Source of the DNA: an uncultured delta proteobacterium
GTDB lineage: Bacteria; Desulfobacterota; Binatia; Bin18
DNA: 64,000 bases
NCBI GenBank assembly: GCA_963733195.1
Contig: CAVTCR010000018.1
Span: forward strand, 29,806-93,805
Direction of reading: 5' to 3'
The translations under genes and the position numbers were made by a program. Under the pieces are notes generated by a model. That model made no database searches and was not told the origin of the DNA. It saw only the letters and a program-made list of their open reading frames with translations. This document shows positions 1 to 9,413 of the stretch, in pieces. Positions within the stretch are counted from its first letter, which is position 1; every line of letters starts with the position of its first letter.

Positions 1-2
1 CC

Positions 3-3000
3 CTGCTCACTGGCTTCTTCGCCTTTCATGCGCAGCACATCCGGTTGGATGGTTCAGTCGAACGGCTGCTGCCGGGAAATGACCCGGACAATCCATACTA
101 TCAATACTACGCGGAAGTCCGCGAGCTGTTCGGGAACGACGAAGTCGGCGTTATCGCCGTCGTCGCCGACAATATCTACGTCGCCGAGGTCTTGAACAAG
201 CTCCAACGTCTCACCAAAGAAATCGAAAAAGTCGATGGCGTCGCGAGTGTCCTGAGTCTCGCCAATGCGGTAGACCCGGTAGCCGATGTGACCGAGCCAC
301 CGTGGATCATGCCACAAATCCCAACCACTCCTGCGGCAGCCACGGCCCTACAAGAGAAGTTGGCTGACCGTCCGATTTACCTCAAAATCCTGGTGGCTCC
401 TGACGGACGGGCGGCGGCCATCAATATCTTTTTTGCTGAGATGAGCAACGACGAGTTCATGCACCGCGGCATTGATGACACGATCCAGAAAATTGTCGAG
501 CGGGAAAATACTACCGCCGTTCAAGAGCAACGGCCGGAACGATGGTACTACACCGGCTTGCCCCACTTTAAGGTCTACTCGACCAAGGTTATGCAACGTG
601 ACTTATCACGGTTGGTGCCGCTGATGCTGCTGTTTATCGTGCTGGTGTTGTTCTTTTGTTTCCGCTCGCTCCGCGGGGTTTTGCTTCCGACCCTGACAGT
701 GATTGTCAGTCTGATCTGGACCCTGGGCATTATGGTGCTCAGTGGCGGAGCTCTCAGCCTAGGCAGTATGGCCCTGCCACCGCTGGTGTTGGTAGTCGGT
801 GTCGCCTATTCGCTCCACGTAGTCGCCGAATATTACGAGCTCGCGCGCCCTAACCGTTCGCCCAAGGAAGTAGTGCTGGAGACTGTACGGAGGATCAACA
901 CGCCAGCCCTGATGGCCGCCCTCACAGCCGTGCTAGGGTTTTTCGTGCAAGCGCTGAATCCGATTGTCAGTATTCGCGAAATGGGCATCTACTCATCGCT
1001 CGGTATCACTTTGGCATTCGTATTCTCGCTGACTTTAGTGCCGGCGCTCCTCGCGATGCTGCGCCTGCCAAACCGACGCGTAGACACCTTCGCCCCGGGG
1101 CTCAGCGCTAGGCTGCGACGGTTAACGAGCACGGTCATGCAGCGCCGGAGCCTCATCATCACCGCGTGTGCTATTGTGGCACTCCTCGCGTTCAGCCAGA
1201 TTCCCTCGATCCGAGTCGATTCCGATTTTCAATCATTCTTCCGTCCGTCAGACTCCATTCGTCAGGCCACGGACGTGGTCAGTCATACCCTTGCGGGCAG
1301 CATGGCGTTTAATGTAGTAATCGACGGAACAACCCGCGACATAATGAAGCAATGGGAGACCCTACGACGCATACGTACCCTGCAAGAGGCAATCGACGCG
1401 TTGCCGGGAGTCGACAAGACGGTGTCGTTCGTCGATTACTGCTTACTCATCGACCGTGGCGTTCAAGAAGGGGGCGGTGGCCTCGAAGTCTCCCCCGAAG
1501 GAGAGTTGGTCGAGCCTACAGTTCAAGCATCTGGAAAGAAGACAACCTTTCTCGAAAATCCCGAGCAACTAAAAGCGGTTATGCAATTGTTTGCAGGGCG
1601 ACCGAAAAGCCTCGCCTTGGTGGTGAACCCCGAGTTCTCGCGCACCAACATCCTCGTACGCACTTCGCTGTCGGGCTCGAATGACATTGCTGCGACGGTG
1701 GACAAAATCAACACCCTGGCCGCCGAGATTCTTCCCCCCGAACTCAAAGCGCACCCGACCGGGAGCATTATTCTGCTGACAAAAACCATTGGGGACATTG
1801 TCAGCATTCAGGCGCAAAGCTTGACGCTCACCGCGGTAGTCATCTTCGTCCTGATGGCGGCCATGTTTCTTTCTGTTCGCGTAGGGGCCATCGCTATGAT
1901 CCCCTACCTCTTCACACTCCTGGCTTTCTTCGGCCTCATAGGAGCTTCAGGAGTCGTTTTCAATCTTGGCACTAACACCATCGCATTGGTCATCCTGGGG
2001 ATCACCGTAGATAGTACTATCCACCTCATGACGCGGCTGAGCTTTGAACTGCGAACCGGCGCCGATCAGGAACCAGCCCTGCTACAGACACTTGCTACGG
2101 TGGGCAAATCCAACCTCTACGTTTCCTCAAGCTTCTTCCTGGGCTTTCTTGTCTACGGCTTTTCCACTTTCGTTCCTATGCAACAGTTTGGTCTTCTCTC
2201 TGCGACTGCCATGATTGTAACGCTGGCAGCGAATGTCGTGTTGTTGCCGGCGCTGCTCGCCTCCCGTCGCATCCTCACTGTGTGGGACCTCTTGTATACG
2301 GTGACGCAGCTCACGCAGAAACTCGAACAGCGCGTAGCGGAACGCACCCAAGAGCTGCAAAAGGTGAATCGGCAACTGGAGGTGGCCTCCCGCCATAAAT
2401 CGGAGTTCTTGGCCCGCATGTCCCACGAACTGCGCACGCCCATGAACGCCATCATCGGCTTCACCCGCCTGGTCATGCGACGCTCTCAGAACATTCTGCC
2501 TAAGCATGAGCACGAGAACCTGGGGAAGGTCTTGATCAGTGCCGAGCACCTCCTGACGTTGATCAACGATATTCTCGACCTCTCCAAAGTCGAGGCGGGG
2601 CGGATGGAGGTCCATGCGGTTCGCTTCGAGTTGGAGCCGTTGATCAATCTGTGTCTCCACACGGTCGAGCCACTCATCAAGAACGAACGTCTCCGACTGG
2701 TGAAAAAGCTGGAGGGCGGCATGCCCGAGCTTTTTACAGATCAGGACAAGCTGAAGCAGATCCTCATGAACCTCTTGAGCAATGCCCTCAAGTTCACCGA
2801 AGCGGGGACGATTACGGTCACCGCCCAGCGTCAAGATAGACACGTCGTAATTTCCGTCGCGGACACCGGCATTGGCATCCCCGCGGATCAGTTAGCGCTG
2901 GTGTTTGAAGAATTTCACCAGGTAGACAACAGCGCCACTCGACAGTATAGCGGCACGGGCCTGGGGCTCTCGATCAGCCGCCACTTCGCGCAACTGTTGG

Positions 3001-3191
3001 GCGGAGACATCATGATACAAAGCACGATCGGGGTGGGCTCAACCTTCACCGTTAGTGTTCCGCTGCACTACGAAGCTGCTCAACTGGCTGCGCACGTTGC
3101 AGCGGTCTCCGTCCGTGACGTCGGGACTCCTGTGTTTGAAACCGGTTCGGTGGCGCTAGCCATAGACGATCCTACAAAGGTAAAGTCATGA
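3..3191 (+). CDS. MMPL/RND-family membrane protein fused to a HisKA-HATPase_c histidine kinase (5' end runs off the window)
   Basis: The frame is open from position 3 (LLTGFFAFHAQHIRLDGSVE). It has two MMPL repeats (large soluble loop plus TM helices, GxP motif 'YTGLPHF', 'LTLVPALL', 'VLLPALL'), then a coiled coil, H-box SHELRTPMNAIIGF, N-box NLLSNALKFT, G1 DTGIGI and G2 GTGLGLSI. Confidence 0.9.
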   Translation: MLTGFFAFHAQHIRLDGSVERLLPGNDPDNPYYQYYAEVRELFGNDEVGVIAVVADNIYVAEVLNKLQRLTKEIEKVDGVASVLSLANAVDPVADVTEPPWIMPQIPTTPAAATALQEKLADRPIYLKILVAPDGRAAAINIFFAEMSNDEFMHRGIDDTIQKIVERENTTAVQEQRPERWYYTGLPHFKVYSTKVMQRDLSRLVPLMLLFIVLVLFFCFRSLRGVLLPTLTVIVSLIWTLGIMVLSGGALSLGSMALPPLVLVVGVAYSLHVVAEYYELARPNRSPKEVVLETVRRINTPALMAALTAVLGFFVQALNPIVSIREMGIYSSLGITLAFVFSLTLVPALLAMLRLPNRRVDTFAPGLSARLRRLTSTVMQRRSLIITACAIVALLAFSQIPSIRVDSDFQSFFRPSDSIRQATDVVSHTLAGSMAFNVVIDGTTRDIMKQWETLRRIRTLQEAIDALPGVDKTVSFVDYCLLIDRGVQEGGGGLEVSPEGELVEPTVQASGKKTTFLENPEQLKAVMQLFAGRPKSLALVVNPEFSRTNILVRTSLSGSNDIAATVDKINTLAAEILPPELKAHPTGSIILLTKTIGDIVSIQAQSLTLTAVVIFVLMAAMFLSVRVGAIAMIPYLFTLLAFFGLIGASGVVFNLGTNTIALVILGITVDSTIHLMTRLSFELRTGADQEPALLQTLATVGKSNLYVSSSFFLGFLVYGFSTFVPMQQFGLLSATAMIVTLAANVVLLPALLASRRILTVWDLLYTVTQLTQKLEQRVAERTQELQKVNRQLEVASRHKSEFLARMSHELRTPMNAIIGFTRLVMRRSQNILPKHEHENLGKVLISAEHLLTLINDILDLSKVEAGRMEVHAVRFELEPLINLCLHTVEPLIKNERLRLVKKLEGGMPELFTDQDKLKQILMNLLSNALKFTEAGTITVTAQRQDRHVVISVADTGIGIPADQLALVFEEFHQVDNSATRQYSGTGLGLSISRHFAQLLGGDIMIQSTIGVGSTFTVSVPLHYEAAQLAAHVAAVSVRDVGTPVFETGSVALAIDDPTKVKS

Positions 3192-3553
3192 AGAAAATTC
3201 TGGTTGTAGAAGATGTGGAATTTAATCGCGATCTCCTCGTCCAACTCTTAGAGGACGACTACGAAGTCATTACCGCGCCTGATGGAGCGGCCGGGATCAT
3301 AGAAGCCGAGCGCGAACACCCCGACCTCATTCTCATGGATCTCTCGCTGCCGGTGGTCGATGGGTGGGAAGCGACTCGCCGAATCAAGGCCAACGCAGCA
3401 CTGCACAACATTCCACTCATTGCGCTGACGGCCCACGCGATGAGTGGCGATGTAGAAAAGGCCCGAGCGTGTGGCTGTGACGATTATCTGAGCAAGCCGC
3501 TCGATGAAGACCTATTGTTTGAGAAGATAAAGCAGTTTTTAGGAGAAAGGTAG
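3188..3553 (+). CDS. Single-domain response regulator (DivK/CheY-like)
   Basis: Motifs KKILVVED, DLILMDLSLP, IIALTA-like and YLSKP; ATGA overlap with the kinase stop. Confidence 0.93.
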   Translation: MKKILVVEDVEFNRDLLVQLLEDDYEVITAPDGAAGIIEAEREHPDLILMDLSLPVVDGWEATRRIKANAALHNIPLIALTAHAMSGDVEKARACGCDDYLSKPLDEDLLFEKIKQFLGER

Positions 3554-3575
3554 AGTATATTCAGGGACCGCCGGC

Positions 3576-4663
3576 ATGGAGGGATACGTAATGCCCGAAC
3601 GCCCCAAAATCCTCATCGTCGATGATGAGCCGTTCAACGTAGACTACCTGGAACAAGAACTAGCAGACCTTGGCTATGAGACAACCAGCGCCACCAACGG
3701 ACAGGAGGCCCTAGAGAAGGTAGCTGCCGAAGCCCCAGACCTGATTCTCCTCGATGTAATGATGCCAATCATGGACGGGTTCACAGTTTGTCGCACCCTG
3801 AAGGAGAGTGATGAGACACGGCTCATCCCCGTCGTGATCATGACTGCCCTGGATGGGATTGAGGATCGGATCAAAGGGATCGAGGCCGGGGCCGACGATT
3901 TTCTCACCAAACCCGTTAATGATCGAGAGTTACTCGCTCGCGTGCGGACCACCTTGAAACTGAAACACACGGTAGACCATAAGCTGAACGAACTCCGGCG
4001 GATCAAAGATCACTTTGCGAAGTTTGTGCCCGAGGCCGTGAAGCGGCTTAGCCACTGTCGACCCCGAGGCACCAGCGCTGGCGAGGAAGCATGAGCAAGA
4101 TGTGACGGTTCTCTTTCTTGGACATCAGTGGCTACACCCGTTTGAGCGAACGGCTACCGCCAGAGGTACTCAATACGCTGGTTGAACGTTATTTTTCTGC
4201 TTTTCTCGACCGTATCCATCAGGCCGACGGTGATATCAATGAAACTGCTGGTGATGGATTCATGGCCATTTTTCACGATGTTGATCGCTGCGTACACGCG
4301 GTCAAAGCTGTAGACACTGCGCTCGCCTTACTCGCGGCCACGGCAAGCGCTCAACCAAGAGAACCGTGAACATCCGCTCTCTATTCACATGGGTCTCAAC
4401 TCTGGGACCGCGTCTGGTTGGCGCGACTCGCTTTCGAAGGGATGCATGGCGCGCGCTGGACTTTCACAGCCAGTGGCCCAGTAACGAATCTTGCGGCGAG
4501 GTTGGCAGGCGTTGCCAAGGCCGAACACATCCTTATTGGCCCTGAGATAGTGCGCCGTCTTGGGGAAAGCTATCGCCTAGAAAAAGTAGGGCGCGAACGC
4601 TTGAAAAACATAACCGAAGCCATAGATATTTACCGCGTTATGGGTCGATCGGTTTTGCTGTGA
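3576..4663 (+). CDS. Receiver domain + class III nucleotide cyclase (split by several frameshifts)
   Basis: REC domain (ILIVDD, LLDVMMP, FLTKP), then cyclase motifs across ORFs 4118 and 4418: VLFLDISGYT, NETAGDGFMAIF, IHMGLNSG, GPVTNLAARL, LKN. Confidence 0.85.
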
Positions 4664-4715
4664 GGGTTGCTTTTCTCGACACAAGACCAAGGGAAAGAGT
4701 TCACTGCTCCTAATC

Positions 4716-5580
4716 TTACGGTCTCCTTTCTCCGGGTCCTGAAAACGGCGGCTTGACTTCTGTGACTGTAAGAATTTTCCAGGAACCGTTTTCTTTCTGA
4801 AGCGTGTACGAGGCACGTAGTTTCTCTAAAACAGATTGGTCTTTCTGGTAACGGGTTACATCAGCGACGATCAGCGCGGTTTCCTTCGTCAACGGCCAGA
4901 CCTGAAGTTGATCCGTCACCGATCGGCCCCAGCCGCGCTTGTGTAGGTCGGTCATGACGCGTTGATAGGCGCGCTCGTGATCAGCGACCGTCAGTGTCAC
5001 GATCATTCCCTGTTCGCCGAGCAAAAAGGCATGCGGGTGAGCCATACGAGCGAATAAATGCAGCGCGGTCCTCTTCATTGAAGCCATTGATGTAGTCGCG
5101 GTAAAACCTTTCGACTTCACTAATGATGGTCTTGGCATCAGCAACATTCTCCTGCGAACCCTCCGGTCCAACAAAAGGCGGCTTTACTTCAGTCAGCGTC
5201 AAAACTTTCCAGGCTCCACTATCTTTGCGCACAGTGTAACAATAGCGCCCGCTTTCCAGGATTGAATTGTCTTTTTTGTAGCGTGAGATGTCAGCCACAA
5301 GAAAGGCCATAATCTCGGCAATTGGCCACACCTGGAGTCGATTCACACCAGTATGATCCCAACCGCGTTCTTGAATCGAAGACATCACTTCTTGATAGAA
5401 TCGCTGTTGATCGGACTCTTTCGCGTTGATCGTCAGTCCATGTTCGCCACTGAGTATCCCGTTGGGGTAGCAGAACGAACGCAGGTACATGTCGGTATCC
5501 TCACGGTTGAAACCATCAATGAAGGTACGATAAAATGACTCCACTTCATTGGTGAGGGTAGTAGCATCCACCATAATCAT
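4716..5580 (-). CDS. Tandem two-domain NTF2/SnoaL-like protein (one frameshift near 5045)
   Basis: Two homologous repeats (EVESFYRTFIDGFN...GAWKVLTLTEVKPPF and EVERFYRDYINGFN...GSWKILTVTEVKPPF) are split over ORFs 4981-5580 and 4716-5174. Confidence 0.7.
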
Positions 5581-5627
5581 ACTCCTTTAAGCGATCCACA
5601 AAGTAGTAAAGTTCAACCTCTGACAAT

Positions 5628-5657
5628 AAAAAAAGGAGCCGACTTCCGACGGCCCCT
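5628..5657 (-). terminator. Probable intrinsic terminator downstream of the VOC gene
   Basis: On the minus strand, a GC hairpin AGGGGCCG...CGGCTCCT is followed by a T run. Confidence 0.5.
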
Positions 5658-5746
5658 GTATATCATGACAGGGTTCATTTGCAGTAGGGCACCCCTCCTG
5701 AAACTGTAACCATACCCCTGAGACATTCCTTAAATTGAAATCTTGC

Positions 5747-6139
5747 TTAGCGGTACGCCACAATTTCCAGCAGGTTCCCGTCCGGGTCAAGAAAATACAA
5801 ACAGTCGTGATCTCCCCAGTCAATCGGTCCGTAGGTCGGTATGCTGCGAGCCTTGAATACCTCCTGCGCCGCTTGCCAATCCGTACGGCTCACTGTGAAG
5901 GCGTGGTGTCCTTTGCCCAGGGGATTCTCGATCCGGTCCGTTACTCGTGGTGACAGATCTCGGCGCTCGAATAGTGCGAGGTTGAGATTACCGCACTGCA
6001 ATAACACTTGGTGACGACCGAAGCGTTGTACGACGGTCAGACCAAGGACTTCAGTATAGAAGCGTTCAGCACGGTCAAGATCGAAAACATCAACACCAAA
6101 ATGGTCGAGACAGAGTAGTTGCATGGGTGGATCGTACAC
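5747..6139 (-). CDS. VOC/glyoxalase family protein
   Basis: Motifs LDHFGVDVFDLDRAERFYTEVLGL, HHAF and YFLDPDGNLLEI. Confidence 0.9.
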   Translation of the reverse strand: MYDPPMQLLCLDHFGVDVFDLDRAERFYTEVLGLTVVQRFGRHQVLLQCGNLNLALFERRDLSPRVTDRIENPLGKGHHAFTVSRTDWQAAQEVFKARSIPTYGPIDWGDHDCLYFLDPDGNLLEIVAYR

Positions 6140-6252
6140 TAGCTACTGTTACACGAGAAGTGTAGAGCAGAGAATCAAGACGAGAAGACCCCAACGGGGT
6201 TGCTCCTACCATCATCAAGTGACAGAGTGCCAGGCGTCATGGAGGAAACCTC

Positions 6253-6689
6253 ATGCCTCTCTTCCAAGCGAGCATGGAATTCGTGGCGACGTTGGCATGC
6301 GCTATTTTCGCCGGGGCCGCACTCTACATTAACTTAGTCGAGCATCCGGCACGTATGGTCTGCGGCACGGAGATAGCAATACGCCAATGGGCACCAAGCT
6401 ACAAACGGGCTACATGGATGCAAGCACCGTTGGCCATTGTCGGATTTCTCGTGCCGTCCTTGCTTGGCTCGCAGGGTCAAGCCTATGGTGGCTATTCGGT
6501 GGAATGTTGCTCGGTCTGGTCGTTCTATTCACCTTCGTGATAATTCTGCCAACAAATAAACGGCTGCTGTCCCCGGGCCTCGATCAACGCGCAGAAGAAA
6601 CTCGACAGCTCTTGGAAAAATGGAGTCAATTACACGGTGTGAGAAGTGTGCTCAGCACCTTGGCCCTGCTTATTTTTCTGCTGCATTGA
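6253..6689 (+). CDS. DUF1772/anthrone-oxygenase-like membrane protein (frameshift near 6450)
   Basis: FAGAALYINLVEHPAR in the first frame, and ILPTNKRLL...W..LHGVR in the second frame. Confidence 0.75.
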
Positions 6690-6721
6690 CAACTCCTTCT
6701 AATATTTTAAGGAGATGAGCG

Positions 6722-7012
6722 ATGGAATTTTTGATCATAGCGTACGACGGTAAAGACCCTGAAGCAAAAGCACGTCGCTTATGCGTGCGTCAGGCTCATC
6801 TCGATGGTGTGCAAGCGATGAAACAAGCCGGCACCTTTATTAACGGCGGGGCTATTCTCGACGAGAACGGCGAGGTGATCGGTTCGACGCTCTACATGGA
6901 TTTTCCTTCGCGGGCAGATCTCGATCAGTGGTTAACCAGTGACCCTTATATCACCGGTGGTGTGTGGGTCGATATCGAGGTACGGCCAATCCGCCTAGCA
7001 TTTCGCTCGTAA
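6722..7012 (+). CDS. YciI family protein
   Basis: Motifs RLCVRQAHL, GGAILD..G..IGS and DPYITGGVW; AGGAG RBS upstream. Confidence 0.85.
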   Translation: MEFLIIAYDGKDPEAKARRLCVRQAHLDGVQAMKQAGTFINGGAILDENGEVIGSTLYMDFPSRADLDQWLTSDPYITGGVWVDIEVRPIRLAFRS

Positions 7013-7029
7013 TTTTTAGGAACAGGGAT

Positions 7030-7707
7030 GTGAGACAACATAGTACGCGTGCGATCGTTTGTCGTACACTGATCTTCATCTTTGCAGTAACAGCCTGTCA
7101 TCCTACGACTGTGTCGAAGGAAGCGACGCCAGAAGAAATCGCGACTTTCTTCAAAGGGTCCCACAAAAAGGTACTCACCTTCGTTGGGTACTCTGGCGCG
7201 GAGTATGAGGATAAAACAGCGATGCTTGATCAGGCAAAACGCATACTTGCCGAGTTTGATCACGCCAAAACGATCGTCAACATCGGCGCAACTCTCGATG
7301 GCATCGGTGCTATATACAAAGAAGCGAAGCACCGGGGATTTGTCACCACAGGTATCGTTTCCACTCAAGCACGAGAGGCGAAGGCCACACTCTCGCCGTA
7401 TGTTGATCATGTATTCTATGTCAAAGATACAACCTGGGGTGGACTGATGCAGGGCTCCGAGCAACTCTCACCAACCTCTACAGCAATAGTCAAATCTAGT
7501 GATGTCATCATCGGTATTGGCGGTGGTGAAGTCGCCCGAGACGAAATGCTCGTAGCAAAGCGGTTAGGCAAAGATGTTCGCTTTATCCCGGCGGACATGA
7601 ACCATCAGAGAGCTATTGAGAAGGCAGAGCAAAAGGGGCAACCCGCGCCAACAGAGTTCCGAGGTGCTACTCACGCAGTGTTTTCGTCAAATGTAGTGGG
7701 CGAATGA
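7030..7707 (+). CDS. Putative lipoprotein with SLOG/LOG-like Rossmannoid domain
   Basis: GTG start, signal peptide ending FAVTAC (lipobox-like), and motifs VLTFVGYSG, VNIGAT..GIG and SDVIIGIGGGEVARDE that resemble SLOG proteins. Confidence 0.55.
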   Translation: MRQHSTRAIVCRTLIFIFAVTACHPTTVSKEATPEEIATFFKGSHKKVLTFVGYSGAEYEDKTAMLDQAKRILAEFDHAKTIVNIGATLDGIGAIYKEAKHRGFVTTGIVSTQAREAKATLSPYVDHVFYVKDTTWGGLMQGSEQLSPTSTAIVKSSDVIIGIGGGEVARDEMLVAKRLGKDVRFIPADMNHQRAIEKAEQKGQPAPTEFRGATHAVFSSNVVGE

Positions 7708-8048
7708 TCCGCGCCTTAACTTTGCTTCCTATATCTTCGCTACCTCTCGCGTGAGGTCAAAGGAACGGATTGTGACATCACTCACACCAATATACTCCGG
7801 ATAGGTCTGTTGCTCCTTCATCGCTTCCTCCGTGCTCGAATCAGCTTCCATTCTAGTCACATTCGTGTTGAACAGTGTTGGTGCTAGATGACGTTCAGCG
7901 CTGAATTCCCTATATCCCTCTCCTCCTGTCGGGTGCTTTTATACTACAGAAGAGGCAGGAGAGGAAATTCCGTTCCTCCACTCGCTTGACTTCGTTGACC
8001 ACCGTGGCACCCTCGTGTCCTGTGAGTGTTTTTGCAAAGGAGTCTTTC

Positions 8049-9251
8049 ATGTCCCTCGCGGAAACATCTATCTCCCCTGGCTCTGATTCCCTCGATTCTC
8101 CGTCTCTCCTCGAAATCGCACGAAGATTCGCGCCACAAATCTGTCTTGTCTACGAGCAGATTGAGGCTGACCGCCGACTTCCATCCGTACTCGTCACCTC
8201 TCTAGCCGAGGCGGGCCTGTTTCGCATGTTGGTTCCCCACGCCCTTGGTGGGTTGGAAACCGATGTCATAACCATGCTTCAGGTTTTTGAGGAGTTAGCG
8301 AAAATCGATGGGTCGGTTGGGTGGTGCACCATGATTGGAGCAACCGGTGGACTAGTCAGCGCGTATTTACCAGAAAACACCGCTCGGACGATTTACGGGA
8401 GCGACCCACACGTCATCACAGGTGGAGCCTTAGCACCGACAGGCAAGGCCGTAGCTGTCGACGGTGGCTACCGCGTGAGCGGACGGTGGCAATTCAACAG
8501 TGGCTGTCAGCATTGCTCGTGGCTCATGGGTACCTGCATCATCTTCGACGGGGATACACCCCGTAAAGGCAAGAACGGTGAACTGGTATCAACCATGATG
8601 ATCTTTCCTGCCACCGACGTCGAGGTCATTGATACTTGGACAGTCTCCGGCTTACGAGGAAGCGGGAGTCATGACATCGCTGTGAATGACGTATTCGTCC
8701 CCGACGGCTACCATGCGTCTCTTGTCTCTGACCGCCCATTTCATAATGGGCTACTGTACCGATTCCCCATTTTCGGCTTACTCGCCTCCTCCGTAGCCAG
8801 CGTCGCCCTCGGCATGGCACGAGGCGCCATCAACACACTCAGGGAAATGGCACCTAAGAAACGTCTCACCACAACTCGCAAGCGGATGGTAGAGCGCGAG
8901 GTGGTACAGATGCAAGTCGCGCAAGCAGAAGGATTACTACGCTCTGGTCGGGCGTTTCTTTTCGATACCGTGCAGGAAGTGTGGAACAAGGTAAGTGCAC
9001 ATGTCGCGCCCTCTCTCGAACAGCGAGCGCTGTTACGCCTGGCTGCGACACAAGCAGCAATTCAAGCCGCACAGGCCATTGACCTCATGTACCATGCCGC
9101 AGGAACGAGTTCGATTTGGGCGCATAATCCTTTGCAACGTCACTTCCGAGATGTGCACGTTGTCACCCAGCATGCAATTCTCAGTACGCCCATCTATGAG
9201 ATGGCTGGCCGCGTGTTTCTTGGACAACCAACCGAAACGGCAATGCTCTAA
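8049..9251 (+). CDS. Acyl-CoA dehydrogenase-fold flavin-dependent monooxygenase (HsaA/IacA-like oxygenase component)
   Basis: Motifs AGLFRMLVPHALGG, DGSVGWC, GRWQFNSGC, DTWTVSGLRGSGSHD and LQRHFRDVH. Confidence 0.85.
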   Translation: MSLAETSISPGSDSLDSPSLLEIARRFAPQICLVYEQIEADRRLPSVLVTSLAEAGLFRMLVPHALGGLETDVITMLQVFEELAKIDGSVGWCTMIGATGGLVSAYLPENTARTIYGSDPHVITGGALAPTGKAVAVDGGYRVSGRWQFNSGCQHCSWLMGTCIIFDGDTPRKGKNGELVSTMMIFPATDVEVIDTWTVSGLRGSGSHDIAVNDVFVPDGYHASLVSDRPFHNGLLYRFPIFGLLASSVASVALGMARGAINTLREMAPKKRLTTTRKRMVEREVVQMQVAQAEGLLRSGRAFLFDTVQEVWNKVSAHVAPSLEQRALLRLAATQAAIQAAQAIDLMYHAAGTSSIWAHNPLQRHFRDVHVVTQHAILSTPIYEMAGRVFLGQPTETAML

Positions 9252-9305
9252 GATGCCCACAGCGTGTTTCTCTAATGAAGTGAGATGATCACAACCGGAG
9301 TTCTT

Positions 9306-9359
9306 GGCGGGACCGGCTTCTAGCCCGTCCTTCGTAACAGGCTGGAAGCCTATTCTACC
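9306..9359. repeat. REP-like palindrome pair
   Basis: GGCGGGACCGGCTTCTAGCCCGTC ... ACAGGCTGGAAGCCTATTCTACC form degenerate inverted copies between convergent genes. Confidence 0.55.
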
Positions 9360-9413
9360 CAGGTCTTACCCAATTCGGTTGTCAAAACTCGTTAGAGGTT
9401 AAAGTGGAGCGCT

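Noticed and set aside
5747-7707. Integron cassette array (small VOC, DUF1772, YciI genes)
   Set aside because: The genes are cassette-like, but no attC-type RYYYAAC...GTTRRRY palindromes were found between them.
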